Positions 14,056 to 23,699 of a stretch of 64,000 bases of DNA are shown one piece after another. A program made the position numbers and the translations under genes. The notes beneath the pieces are model-generated. The model saw only the letters and a program-made list of their open reading frames with translations, was not told the origin of the DNA and made no database searches. The stretch's first letter is position 1, and the number at the start of each line of letters is the position of its first letter. Source of the stretch: Candidatus Marinacidobacterium sp. (GTDB lineage Bacteria > Acidobacteriota > Vicinamibacteria > Marinacidobacterales > Marinacidobacteraceae); assembly GCA_965204755.1 (NCBI GenBank), contig OZ242011.1, positions 1,824,001 to 1,888,000 on the forward strand. The letters run 5' to 3'.

Positions 14056-15209
14056 ACTTCGTCCGCGCGTTCGTAGCGCCCGGCGGCGCGGTCCGGCTTC
14101 ACCGCCTGGCGCCCCCGCGCGATGGCCAGCGCGTTCTCCGGCACATCCTCGACGATGACCGACCCGGCGGCCACGAACGACCGCCGCCCGACGGTCACCG
14201 GCGCGACCAGGCACGCGTTGCTCCCCACGAACGCGCCCGGCTCCACCACCGTCCGGTGTTTCGCCTTCCCGTCGTAGTTGCAGGTGATCGTGCCCGCGCC
14301 CAAGTTCGCCCGCGCCCCGATCTCCGCGTCGCCGAGGTAGGAGAGGTGCGGCAGCGCGGCGTTCCGCCCGAGCACCACATTCTTCGTCTCCACGAAACTC
14401 CCGGCGAAGGCGCCCGGCTCCAGCCGGGTGTTCGGGCGGACATGGGCGAACGGCCCCACCCGCGCCCCCCGGCCGACGATGCTGTTGACCACCACCGAGT
14501 GGCTCAGCACCGCCGCGCCGGGCAGCACCTCGCTGTTCTCGATCCGGCAGAAACTCCCGACTTCCGCCCCTTCGCCGATCCGGGTGGCGCCGATCAGCCG
14601 CACCGACGGCGCGATGCGGGCGCCGGGCGCGACTTCGCAGGAGGGGTCAGCCCAGAGCGTCTCCGGCTCCTCGATCAGCGCCCCGTCCGACTGGAACCGC
14701 TCCGCGGTCCGCCACTGCGCGTCCCGCACCGCCGCCGACCAACTCCCGGCGCACTCGATCCGGATGGAGGCGCCGGGCTCGTCCTCGGCGAAGGGCTCCG
14801 GGCTCAGCATCTCCAGGCAGCCCCCGAAGGTGTCCTGCAGCCCGGCGCCCAGCGCTTCCGCCGAACCGGCGATGGCGATCACCTGGCCGAACTCGTTTTC
14901 GTACTGCATCGGCGCTTCGCCCGCGGCCTCGATCAGGTCGTCGAGGATCTCCACCGGCGGCTCCACCAGCCCGGCGGGCAGGATCACGCCCCGCGCCTGC
15001 TCGCCGAGCCGACCGATCTCGGCCACCGCCTGCTCGGCGCTCACGCGCTCCCCGTCGTCCGCGCCCCCCTCCGGGCCGCCGCTGACGACGAAGAGGCGAG
15101 CCGGTTCGAGCGACCGGGCGGCGCGCAGCCCGGCTTCGTTCACCGAGACGCCGAAGTACGGGTATTCGCCGACCTCGGCCCCTTCGGGATACACGAGAAG
15201 AAAGTCCAT
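14052..15209 (-). CDS. glmU: GlmU-like protein: intact acetyltransferase domain, degenerate uridyltransferase domain
   Basis: VGPFAHVRP, FVETKN, HLSYLGDA, NLGAGTITCNYDG, FVGSN; N-terminal LAAGxGTRM motif absent. Confidence 0.8.
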   Translation of the reverse strand: MDFLLVYPEGAEVGEYPYFGVSVNEAGLRAARSLEPARLFVVSGGPEGGADDGERVSAEQAVAEIGRLGEQARGVILPAGLVEPPVEILDDLIEAAGEAPMQYENEFGQVIAIAGSAEALGAGLQDTFGGCLEMLSPEPFAEDEPGASIRIECAGSWSAAVRDAQWRTAERFQSDGALIEEPETLWADPSCEVAPGARIAPSVRLIGATRIGEGAEVGSFCRIENSEVLPGAAVLSHSVVVNSIVGRGARVGPFAHVRPNTRLEPGAFAGSFVETKNVVLGRNAALPHLSYLGDAEIGARANLGAGTITCNYDGKAKHRTVVEPGAFVGSNACLVAPVTVGRRSFVAAGSVIVEDVPENALAIARGRQAVKPDRAAGRYERADEV

Positions 15210-15359
15210 CTGTCGGGTCTCGCCTTCGGCCGCCGCGGGCGGCCGGGGGGCTCCGGGTGGTACGGGGAAGCCCGGGAGGAGGAGCCGCCGATCTCGGTCC
15301 GGAGCCGTGGACGGGTCAGCGCCCGTCGGGATGCGCCCCATCCCCGGGGGGCGCGAATT

Positions 15360-16103
15360 CTAGGCGGGTTCGGGTCGTTCCCGGCCTTTCCCCCGCCGGC
15401 GCGGGGCCGGGCCGACCACCAGCGTGATCTCTCCGCGCATCGCCTCGGCCTCGACTTCGGCGGCGAGGGCGGAGAGGAGACCGAACCGGTTCTCCTCGAA
15501 CCGCTTGGTCATCTCGCGGCTGAGCGAGGCCTCCCGCTCCCCCAGCCGCTCCGCCAGGTCGCGCAGCAGCGCCGCCACCCGCCGGGCCGACTCGAACAGG
15601 ACCAGCGACCCCGGCGCCGCCGCCGCCCGGTCGAGGAACCGCCGCCGCGCCGCCCCCCGCCGGGGCGGCGGGAACCCGAGGAAGGTGAAGCAGTCGGTCG
15701 GCAACCCGGACACGGAGAGCGCCGCGGTGACCGCCGACGGCCCCGGCGCCGCCCGCACCGGAATCCCCGCGAGCCGCGCCGCCCGCACCAGCCGGTAGCC
15801 GGGGTCGGACAGCAGCGGCGTCCCGGCGTCGCAGACCAGCGCGACGGCTTCCCCGGCCCGGAGCCGGCCGATCAGGAAGTCCGTCCGCTCCGCCTCGTTG
15901 TGCTCGTGGTGCGAGACGAGCCGGGCGCCGAGTTCGAACCGGGTCACCAGTTTCCGCGTCACCCGCGTGTCCTCGCACGCCAGATGACGGACCCCGCGCA
16001 GGGTCTCCACCGCGCGAGGCGAGAGATCCCCCAGGTTCCCGATGGGCGTGGCCACGACGAACAGCACCCCCGGCGCGGCCCGTCCGTCTTCGCGCGTCTC
16101 CAC
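15360..16103 (-). CDS. rsmI: 16S rRNA C1402 2'-O-methyltransferase
   Basis: LFVVATPIGNLGD, ACEDTR, DAGTPLLSDPG, PGPSA, REMTKRFEE; GTG start inferred. Confidence 0.93.
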   Translation of the reverse strand: METREDGRAAPGVLFVVATPIGNLGDLSPRAVETLRGVRHLACEDTRVTRKLVTRFELGARLVSHHEHNEAERTDFLIGRLRAGEAVALVCDAGTPLLSDPGYRLVRAARLAGIPVRAAPGPSAVTAALSVSGLPTDCFTFLGFPPPRRGAARRRFLDRAAAAPGSLVLFESARRVAALLRDLAERLGEREASLSREMTKRFEENRFGLLSALAAEVEAEAMRGEITLVVGPAPRRRGKGRERPEPA

Positions 16104-16184
16104 AGACCCCGCAACCGTACCGGGCGCCGTCGCCGCCTCGCCGCCACTTGGGGGTCGCGCCGGGAAGAGTTTCGGCCCCGATGA

Positions 16185-16521
16185 AGGTCTCGATCCGCAG
16201 TATCGAGTCGGCCAGGGTGTCGATCCGCGAGTCCGGGGCGAGGGCGGAGGGTGTCGATCCGCGAGTCGGGCGGGCCGAGGGGTGTCGATCTGGGAGTCCG
16301 GGCGGGGGCGAAGGGTGTCGATCCGCGAGTCCGGGCGGGGGCGAAGGGTGTCGATCCGCGGGCCGGGCCGGGGGCGAAGGGTGTCGATCCGCGGGCCGGG
16401 CCGGGGGCGAAGGGTGTCGATCCGGGAGTTCGGGCCGGGACGCAGGGTGTCGATCCGCGGGCCGGGCCGGGGGCGAAGGGTGTCGATCCGCGAGTCGGGC
16501 GGGCCGAGGGGTGTCGATCCG
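16185..16521. repeat. Tandem repeat of ~30-34 bp units (mostly 33 bp), about 11 copies, core AGGGTGTCGATCCG
   Basis: Directly visible units such as agggtgtcgatccgcgggccgggccgggggcga; no unique spacers. Confidence 0.95.
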
Positions 16522-16629
16522 TCCGCCCGAGAGGCCCGGGGCGCCGACGCCGAGTCCGGCAGGTCAGCCGGCGCGGGCGCCAGCCGCGCCGGCTGCCGCC
16601 ACGGCCCGAGGTCCGCTCGACGAACCGCC

Positions 16630-16860
16630 GCCATGCTCAGTCAGGCCCGGAAGGTCTTTCGCAAACCCTCGAATGCGAGAGGGGACTGCGCCTGGTAGTC
16701 CCCGTGGGGCCGCTCGGTGGCGCCGCAATGCCCTCCGCTCGGTAAGCCCGAGTCCCTTGTTTTGGAGTTGCCAGGCGCTCCTCAACCAGTTGGTGGAGCT
16801 AGTAGGACGCGGCCCTTTCGAATGATGGTAGCGCGGACCGATACCGGTCGTCCGGCCTCT
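16630..16860. ncRNA. Candidate structured RNA, family unassigned
   Basis: Lower-GC intergenic segment with hairpins at 16681-16703, 16738-16752 and 16764-16781 and complementary loops. Confidence 0.35.
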
Positions 16861-17001
16861 GGTGAGCAGGCGGCGAAGGCGCCCCAACCGGCGAATCCGG
16901 CGGGAACACGGAGAATTGGGCGCGCCGGCGCTCCGGCCCGGCCCCCCGTCGCGGCGACCCCTCGCCCGGCGCCCGCCACCCCCCGCCTCCGACCTCGACC
17001 C

Positions 17002-18051
17002 ATGGACTCCCTCCGCAGCGCTTACGCCGGACGCCGGGTCGTGGTTACGGGCGGCGCGGGTTTCATCGGGAGCCACCTCGCCGCCCGGCTTGCCGGGCTC
17101 GGCGCGGAAGTCGCGGCGCTGGATTCGTTCGCCCCCGGTTCCGGCGCCGATCCCCGGAACCTCCCCACCGCCGAATCGGCGCGACCGGGGCGGATCGAAC
17201 TCCACCGGGGCGACCTCCGCGACCGGGACGCCGCCGGCGCCGCCCTCTCCGGCGCGGAGGCGATCTTCCACTTGGCCGCCGCCAACGGCCACCGGGAGAG
17301 CATGATCCGCCCGACCGCCGACTACGAAGGCAACCTCGCGTCCGGCGTCGCCCTCTTCGCCGCCGCCTCGGCCCGCGCCCCCGCGGCCCGGATCGTCTTC
17401 GCCGGCACCCGCCAGATCTACGCCCCGGCGGGGCCGGAACCAGGCCGCCGCCTGCCGGCGACCGAGGCGCACCCGGTCTCCCCGCCCGATGTCCACGGCG
17501 TCCACAAGGAGGCCGTCGAACACCTGGGCCGCCACTGGGCGCGAACCGGCCCCGGGTCGTTCTCCGTCCTCCGCCTGACGAACACCTACGGCCCCCGCCA
17601 GCCGCTCGCCGGCCCCGGCGCCGGCTTCACCGGGGCTTTTCTGGCGCAGGCCCTCGCCGGAGACGAGATCCAAATCCTCGGCCCGCCCGGACTCCTTCGC
17701 GACCTGGTGCAGGTGGACGACGCGGTGGACGCTTTCCTGCTCGCCGCGGCCCCGACCGCCCCCGCCGGAACCTGGAACCTCGGCGCCGACCCGGTGACCC
17801 TCGAAGACTTCGCCCGCGCCGTCTTCCGCGCCCTCGGCCGCCCGCCGCGCCTCCGCTCCGGCCCGCTTCCGCCGGGCCTCGCCGGCGCCGCCCTCGGCGA
17901 CTTCCACTCGGACTGGAGCGCGATCCACCGCGACCTCGGTTGGTCGCCCCGCCGCCCGCTGGACGAAGGCCTCGCCGAAACGGTCCGCCACTTCCTCCGC
18001 TCAAGCGTCTCGCCCGCCGCTTCGCCCCCCGTTTCGCCCGCCGCGCCATGA
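17002..18051 (+). CDS. NAD-dependent epimerase/dehydratase
   Basis: VTGGAGFIGSHL, IFHLAA, HGVHK (YxxxK variant), RLTNTYGP. Confidence 0.9.
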   Translation: MDSLRSAYAGRRVVVTGGAGFIGSHLAARLAGLGAEVAALDSFAPGSGADPRNLPTAESARPGRIELHRGDLRDRDAAGAALSGAEAIFHLAAANGHRESMIRPTADYEGNLASGVALFAAASARAPAARIVFAGTRQIYAPAGPEPGRRLPATEAHPVSPPDVHGVHKEAVEHLGRHWARTGPGSFSVLRLTNTYGPRQPLAGPGAGFTGAFLAQALAGDEIQILGPPGLLRDLVQVDDAVDAFLLAAAPTAPAGTWNLGADPVTLEDFARAVFRALGRPPRLRSGPLPPGLAGAALGDFHSDWSAIHRDLGWSPRRPLDEGLAETVRHFLRSSVSPAASPPVSPAAP

Positions 18052-19229
18052 GGATCCCGTTCCAGCGGATGGACATCGCCCGCGACCCCGAGGTCGCGGA
18101 CGCGCTCCGGCGGGTCCACGAGTCCGGCCGCTTCGTCCTCGGCCCGGAAGTCGAGGCCTTCGAGACCGAGTTCGCCTCCGCGCTCGGCGTCCGCCACGCG
18201 GTCGGCGTCGCCTCGGGCACCGACGCGATCACGCTCACCCTCGCCGCGCTCGGCATCGGCCCCGGCCGGCGCGTCCTGACCACCGCCTTCTCCGCCGGCT
18301 ACACCGCGCTCGGCGTCATCCGCGCCGGCGCTGCGCCGGTCTTCGCCGATGTGGAGCCCTCGACCCTCTGCCTCGACCCCGCCGCCGCGGAGCGCGTCCT
18401 CACCCGCGAACTCGACCGCGAGTCCCGCCGCCGGCGCTCCGGAGCCCCGGGCGGAGGCCGCCTCGCCGCCCTCCTCCCGGTCCACCTCTACGGCCACCCG
18501 CCCGCCGGCTGGGAGCGCCTGCTCGAACTCGCCGCCGCCCACGACCTCCCGGTCGTCGAGGACGCCTGCCAAGCCCACGGCGCCCGGTACCGCGGCCGGC
18601 CGCTCGGCTCCTTCGGCCGCGCGGCCGCGTTCAGTTTCTACCCCACGAAGAACCTCGGCGGCCTCGGCGACGGCGGCGCGGTCGCCACCGACGACCCCGA
18701 CCTCGCGGCCGCTGTCCGCTCCCTCCGCCAAGGCGGCGAAGACGCCGCCCGCCGCCACCTCCGCCCCGGCTGGAACAGCCGCCTCGACGAGATCCAGGCC
18801 GCCGTCCTCCGCGTCCGCCTGCGCACCCTCGAGGCCCGCAACGAGCGCCGCCGCGCCTTGGCCGACCGCTACCGCGCCCGGCTCTCCGGCCTGCCCGTCC
18901 GCCTCGTCGAACCCGACCCCGCCGCGCCCTCTCACACCGAAAGCGCCCGCCACCTGCTGGTCGTCCGCGCCGCCCGCCGAGACGCCCTCCGCCGCCACCT
19001 CGCCGCCGCCGGCGTCGGCGCGCTGGTCCACTACCCGGAAACCCTCCCCTCCCAACCGGCCTTCCGCCCCACGGGAGACCCGCCCGAACGCTTCCCCGAA
19101 GCCGAACGGGCGGCCGCCGAGGTCCTGAGCCTCCCCCTCTACCCCCTGCTCCGGGAAGCCGAAGTGGACGAAGTCGCCGAAACCATCGCCGCTTTCGACC
19201 CGGCCGCCCGCGGCGCGGTGGCAGAATAG
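18048..19229 (+). CDS. DegT/DnrJ/EryC1/StrS aminotransferase
   Basis: SGTDA, VHLYGH, EDACQAHGA, SFYPTKNLG, NSRLDEIQAA. Confidence 0.93.
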   Translation: MRIPFQRMDIARDPEVADALRRVHESGRFVLGPEVEAFETEFASALGVRHAVGVASGTDAITLTLAALGIGPGRRVLTTAFSAGYTALGVIRAGAAPVFADVEPSTLCLDPAAAERVLTRELDRESRRRRSGAPGGGRLAALLPVHLYGHPPAGWERLLELAAAHDLPVVEDACQAHGARYRGRPLGSFGRAAAFSFYPTKNLGGLGDGGAVATDDPDLAAAVRSLRQGGEDAARRHLRPGWNSRLDEIQAAVLRVRLRTLEARNERRRALADRYRARLSGLPVRLVEPDPAAPSHTESARHLLVVRAARRDALRRHLAAAGVGALVHYPETLPSQPAFRPTGDPPERFPEAERAAAEVLSLPLYPLLREAEVDEVAETIAAFDPAARGAVAE

Positions 19230-19235
19230 GCCCGA

Positions 19236-20084
19236 ATGGCAAGCGACCGGGGCCGGCGGAGTTCCGTGCTCTGCCCCGGCTGCGGCCAGTTGGTCGGCGT
19301 CCGCGACGCCGAGTGCCTGAACTGCGGCCGCCGCCATCCCGGACTCTTCGGCGCGGCGGCCTTCCTCCGCCTCGACGGTCCGGGCCTCCTCGGGCTGGTG
19401 GTCGGCGCGAACGCCGCGCTCTTCCTCCTGTCCCTGGCGCTCAGCGTCGGCGACATCGGCTTCGGCGGCCTTCTGGGTTTCCTCAGTCCGGACGGGAACG
19501 CGCTGTTCCAACTCGGCGCCGCCGGCGGCCTCCCGGTCTTCGCCCTGGGCAAGCCCTACTCCCTGCTCAGCGCCGGCTGGCTCCACGGCGGCCTGCTCCA
19601 CATCGGCCTCAACATGTACTGGTTGTGGAACCTGTTCCCGCCGGTGCGCGAGGCCTTCGGCGCCGCCCGGACGCTGGTGATCTACCAGGCCGCGGCGGGA
19701 ACCGGCTTCCTGCTGTCGTCGTTCTTGGGCGCATATGGCCCGGCCATCCCGATCTTCGGCGGCGCGCCCTCCATCACCGTCGGCGCTTCCGCGTCGCTCT
19801 GCGGCCTGCTCGGCGCGCTGCTCTACTACGGCAACCGCACCAGTTCCGCCTTCGCCCGGCAGATCTGGCGGTATGTGATCATGATCGGCATCTTCGGCGC
19901 CCTGGTCCCGGGCATAGACAACGCCGCTCACCTCGGCGGTTTCCTCGGCGGCTACCTGACCGCCTCGGCCTTCGGCGCCTTCACGCCGGAGCGGGGCAAG
20001 CACGCCCTCTGGGCGCTCGGCCTGCTCGCCGCCAGCGGCCTCGCGGTGCTCGGTTCACTCGCGGGCATTTCCTTCCGCGGCTGA
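19236..20084 (+). CDS. Rhomboid intramembrane serine protease
   Basis: HIGLNM, VGAS, DNAAHLGG; N-terminal CPGC/CLNC zinc ribbon. Confidence 0.9.
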   Translation: MASDRGRRSSVLCPGCGQLVGVRDAECLNCGRRHPGLFGAAAFLRLDGPGLLGLVVGANAALFLLSLALSVGDIGFGGLLGFLSPDGNALFQLGAAGGLPVFALGKPYSLLSAGWLHGGLLHIGLNMYWLWNLFPPVREAFGAARTLVIYQAAAGTGFLLSSFLGAYGPAIPIFGGAPSITVGASASLCGLLGALLYYGNRTSSAFARQIWRYVIMIGIFGALVPGIDNAAHLGGFLGGYLTASAFGAFTPERGKHALWALGLLAASGLAVLGSLAGISFRG

Positions 20085-20121
20085 CCGCCCGCCCCGCGAA
20101 CCACAGGAGGTACACGAAGCG

Positions 20122-20352
20122 ATGGCTCAACTCGTCCGGCCCCGCGAGGGCCGCCTGGTGCTCGGCGTCTGCGCCGGCCTCGCCGACTGGTGGTCGGTGG
20201 ACCGCACGCTCCTGCGGATCCTCTATGTGCTGGTCAGCGTCTGTTCCGCGGCCTTCCCCGGCATCCTCTGCTACCTGGTGCTGGGCATCCTGATGCCGCC
20301 GGAAGAGGAGCCCGCCGCGCCGGCGACCCCGCCCCCTCCTCCCGCCGCCTGA
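20122..20352 (+). CDS. pspC: PspC domain protein
   Basis: LVLGVCAGLADWW, LLRILY, one transmembrane stretch; RBS AGGAGG. Confidence 0.85.
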   Translation: MAQLVRPREGRLVLGVCAGLADWWSVDRTLLRILYVLVSVCSAAFPGILCYLVLGILMPPEEEPAAPATPPPPPAA

Positions 20353-20440
20353 CCTGACCGAGCCCCCGGGCGTCGCTGCTTCGCTCTCCGGCGTCCGGCT
20401 GCGCCTCGCCGGCGGCGGCGAAGGCCGGGCGCTCCTCGGG

Positions 20441-21148
20441 TTGACCCGGGACCCCGCGCAGTCGAAGCGCGACTTCCTCGCGGCGGTCCTGGCCTGGGCG
20501 GACGGCTCGGCCCTGACGGTCGCGGCCCTCCCGGTGGCCGCGCCCGCCCTCCTGGCCGACTTCCGCAGCCTCGGCTTCGACGACGCCGGCATCCTGCCCT
20601 CGTTCGCCGCGCCCACGCGCCCCGGCGCGCTCCGCCGGGCGCTCGCCGCCGCCCTCCTCCCCTCCGCTCCCGCGGCCCCCGAAGTCGAAGTCGTCCCCGA
20701 AGTCCTCCCCGCCGCCGCCCGCGCGGAAGTCCGCTCCCGCCTAGCCCCCTCGTTCGAGGTCCTCGCCGAAGGGGGCGCGGACTCCGGGGCGCCGCTCTCC
20801 GGCGTCTGGCTTCGCCGCGGCGGACAGCCCGTCGCCTACGCCGTCTGGCGGACACCGCCGTCCGCCGCGGCCGCGCCCGTCCGGGTCGAGGACTGGCTCG
20901 CTCCCCCGACCGAGTCGGCGGTCACCGCCGCCCTCGCCCGCGCCGCCCTCGCCGCCGCGGGGAACGCCCCCGAACTCGTCTTCTCCACCCCCCACCGCCG
21001 GCTCGGCCTCCACCTCCGCCTCGCTCGGTTCCTCCCCCGCACCGGTGACTCCCGCCTCCTCGTCCGCTCCCCCGGCGCCCGCGCCGCGCGAACCCCCGAT
21101 CCCGCCGGCTGGCACCTCGCCTCCGCCGCGCGGATCGAACCCGCCTGA
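20441..21148 (+). CDS. Hypothetical protein
   Basis: ORF with genome-like codon usage filling the gap; start uncertain. Confidence 0.5.
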   Translation: MTRDPAQSKRDFLAAVLAWADGSALTVAALPVAAPALLADFRSLGFDDAGILPSFAAPTRPGALRRALAAALLPSAPAAPEVEVVPEVLPAAARAEVRSRLAPSFEVLAEGGADSGAPLSGVWLRRGGQPVAYAVWRTPPSAAAAPVRVEDWLAPPTESAVTAALARAALAAAGNAPELVFSTPHRRLGLHLRLARFLPRTGDSRLLVRSPGARAARTPDPAGWHLASAARIEPA

Positions 21149-21183
21149 GCCGCGTTATACTCGCCGGTTCCACCTCGCGGGGC

Positions 21184-21258
21184 GCCGCTATCGTCTAGGG
21201 GTTAGGACGGGTGGTTCTCAGCCATCAAACCGGGGTTCGAATCCCCGTAGCGGTACCA
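21184..21258 (+). tRNA. tRNA-Glu(CTC)
   Basis: Acceptor GCCGCTA/TAGCGGT, anticodon arm GGTGG-TT-CTC-AG-CCATC, GTTCGAAT, CCA end; TATACT -10-like element upstream. Confidence 0.97.
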
Positions 21259-21325
21259 CTCGCGGGGTATTCGTCGTTCCGGCAGCCTTTCGGCTTTCGC
21301 GCCCGGGCTGGTTCGGTCGAAGGTT

Positions 21326-21401
21326 GCGCCCTTAGCTCAGCGGACAGAGCAACAGGCTACGAACCTGTAGGTCGGGTGTTCGAATCGCCCAGGGCGCGCC
21401 A
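21326..21401 (+). tRNA. tRNA-Arg(ACG)
   Basis: Acceptor GCGCCCT/AGGGCGC, anticodon arm ACAGG-CT-ACG-AA-CCTGT, GTTCGAAT, CCA end. Confidence 0.97.
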
Positions 21402-21449
21402 CTCGGGCGCGGGCGCTCCCCGCGTAACCCGGAAGGAAGGCAGGCGGCG

Positions 21450-22982
21450 ATGTTCCGTTTCCGAAGTCTGAGTCGAATCCGGCGCGTTTCCGGCGCCGTC
21501 GCGTTGAGCGCCGTCTTCGTCCCGGCGCTGCCCGCCGCGGCCCCGCAGGAGCGCGACCTCGACCTGGTGATCTCCCGCGGCCGCGTCCTCGACCCGGAAA
21601 CCGGCCTCGACGCGGTGCGCGATGTCGGCGTCACCGGCAACGAGATCGCCGTCATCAGCCGCGAAGTCCTCACGAACCGCCTCCGCCAGGGCGGAACCCT
21701 GCTCGACGCCTCCGGCAAGGTCGTATCGCCCGGCTTCATCGACCTCCACGCCCACGGCCAATCCGTGGAGGCCAACCGCTACCAGGCGATGGACGGCGTG
21801 ACCACCGCGCTCGAACTCGAAGGCGGCGTCCCCCGCGTGGCGCGATTCCTCGAGAGCCGCGCCGGAAACGCCATCCTCCACTACGGCGCCGCCGTCTCCC
21901 ACGGCGGCCTGCGCCTTCTCGGGATCCCCGACATCGCGGAACAGGTCGGGGAGATCCTCGACACGGAGAGCACCGGCGGCGAACTCATCATCGAGCACGC
22001 CAACCTCCTCCGTGAAGGCAACTACACCGCGGTCCCTCCGGGGCGGTACTCGGTCGTCAACGACGCGATCACCGCGGAACTCCGCGCCGGCGGCCTCGGC
22101 ATCGGGATGCCCCACCAGTACTACCCCGGCGCGAACCACACCGAGATCTACCGGATGTTCGAGTTGGCCGCCGAACTCGATGTCCCGATCTACACCCATG
22201 TGCGCGACATGGCGATCTCCGCCATCCAGGAAGTCCTGTCCAACGCGCTCGCCACCGGCGCCCCCCTCCACATCGTCCACCTGAACAGTTCGAGCCTCCA
22301 CCACCTGCCGGTAACCCTGGACCTCATCGCCGGCGCCCGCGCCGCCGGAGTGGATGTAACCACCGAAGCCTACCCCTACACCGCCGCCTCCACCGGCATC
22401 TCCTCCGCGATCTTCGACGAAGGCTGGCAGGAGAAACTGGGAATGACCTACGGCGACATCCAGATGCAGGACACCGGAATCCGCCTCACCGAAGAAACCT
22501 TCGACCTGTTCCGCGAAGAAGGCGGCACCGTCATCATGCACATGATGAAACCGGAGTTCATCGAGTTGGCGATGCGCACCCCCTTCGTCATCGTCGCCTC
22601 CGACGGAATGCCCTACGCCCCCGGCGCGCATCCCCGCTCCGCCGGCACTTTCTCCCGCGTCCTCGGCCGATATGTCCGCGACTGGAATGTCCTGTCGCTG
22701 AACGACGCCATCCGCCGCATGACCCTGCTGCCGGCGGAACGCCTCCAGGAAATCGCCCCCCTCATGCGCCGCAAGGGCCGCATCCAGATCGGCGCCATCG
22801 CCGACCTCACCGTCTTCGACCCGGCCACGATCATAGACACCGCCACCTTCGAGGACGACCTCTCCTACTCCGAGGGCGTCCACCATGTCGTCGTGGACGG
22901 CACCCCGGTCGTCCGGGACGGCGCCCTGCTGGAAGACGTCTTCCCCGGCAAACCCCTCGTCGGCCGCTACACTTCGGAGTAA
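21450..22982 (+). CDS. Secreted amidohydrolase (D-aminoacylase family)
   Basis: Signal peptide; PGFIDLHAH, IASDG, HPRSAGTF, KGRIQIGAIAD. Confidence 0.88.
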   Translation: MFRFRSLSRIRRVSGAVALSAVFVPALPAAAPQERDLDLVISRGRVLDPETGLDAVRDVGVTGNEIAVISREVLTNRLRQGGTLLDASGKVVSPGFIDLHAHGQSVEANRYQAMDGVTTALELEGGVPRVARFLESRAGNAILHYGAAVSHGGLRLLGIPDIAEQVGEILDTESTGGELIIEHANLLREGNYTAVPPGRYSVVNDAITAELRAGGLGIGMPHQYYPGANHTEIYRMFELAAELDVPIYTHVRDMAISAIQEVLSNALATGAPLHIVHLNSSSLHHLPVTLDLIAGARAAGVDVTTEAYPYTAASTGISSAIFDEGWQEKLGMTYGDIQMQDTGIRLTEETFDLFREEGGTVIMHMMKPEFIELAMRTPFVIVASDGMPYAPGAHPRSAGTFSRVLGRYVRDWNVLSLNDAIRRMTLLPAERLQEIAPLMRRKGRIQIGAIADLTVFDPATIIDTATFEDDLSYSEGVHHVVVDGTPVVRDGALLEDVFPGKPLVGRYTSE

Positions 22983-23221
22983 CGGTGCGAGCCGCGGGGC
23001 CTCCCCGGGCTCCGGCCTCCCGCGCGGTAACCGCCGGGGGGCGATGGGCCTTCGCTACGGAAACCGCGCTTCCTTCCCCGTCCCGGAAAGCGGGAACGGC
23101 CGACGACGAGGCCAACGCCTTTCCGGAAGCGCCGACCTCGGACCTCGTGGCGCGCACGATCGCACTCTGGAGAAATCGGGATCGCTACGGGACCGCCGAT
23201 TCTCGGGCGCACCGAGACACC

Positions 23222-23629
23222 ATGGGCGAGGGACAGCATTCCTCGCCCCGAACCCCGATCTTCCCTCTCCGGGCGCCCAGCCCGCTCCCCCTTTCGCAGG
23301 TCTCGCTCTATCCTCTTCAGGAGTGGGAAGGATTCGTCACGGAGGTCCATAAGGATTCCTTCGGCGTCCGTCTGCTCAACCTTACTGCGGGCGACCCATA
23401 TCCCCGAGAGACTGCGAAGATCCCGTTGGAGGAGATCTCTGGGGCGGACGCGGCCAGGATGGGGGCCGGGAGCATCTTCCGCTGGGTCATCGGTTACCGC
23501 CGCAACCTGTCCGGAACGAAAGAACGAACCTCCACGATCGTCTTTCGGACTCTACCCGGGGTTACGGAATCTCAACTCCGCGAAGCCGAGGCTTGGGCGC
23601 GTGACATTCAGAAGATCTTCTCGGACTAA
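23222..23629 (+). CDS. Hypothetical protein
   Basis: Globular-looking QEWEGFV...FRWVIGY segment; start uncertain (frame open from 22985). Confidence 0.55.
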   Translation: MGEGQHSSPRTPIFPLRAPSPLPLSQVSLYPLQEWEGFVTEVHKDSFGVRLLNLTAGDPYPRETAKIPLEEISGADAARMGAGSIFRWVIGYRRNLSGTKERTSTIVFRTLPGVTESQLREAEAWARDIQKIFSD

Positions 23630-23699
23630 CCGGCCGCGCCGCTCGCGGAGCGACTGATCGACCCGGTTTCCCCCGTCCCGGAGACAACGACTCAGATCC

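Noticed and set aside
16185-16521. CRISPR array
   Set aside because: Units are contiguous ~33-bp repeats with similar GC-rich linkers; no unique spacers and no cas genes
15360-16634. RsmI N-terminal extension with RIDTLRPRP repeats
   Set aside because: It is simply the translation of the DNA tandem repeat; RsmI homology begins near 16103
16621-16670. SRP (4.5S) RNA suggested by TCAGGCCCGGAAGG
   Set aside because: The required downstream AGCAGC of helix 8 is missing
16630-16860. RNase P RNA, glmS ribozyme, c-di-GMP-I riboswitch or tmRNA
   Set aside because: No GAGGAAAGTCC, no complete glmS or GEMM core and no tRNA-like ends seen; only short partial resemblances
21184-21401. tRNA genes as the island attachment site
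   Set aside because: No duplicated tRNA 3' end noticed downstream, and core-like genes follow the tRNAs
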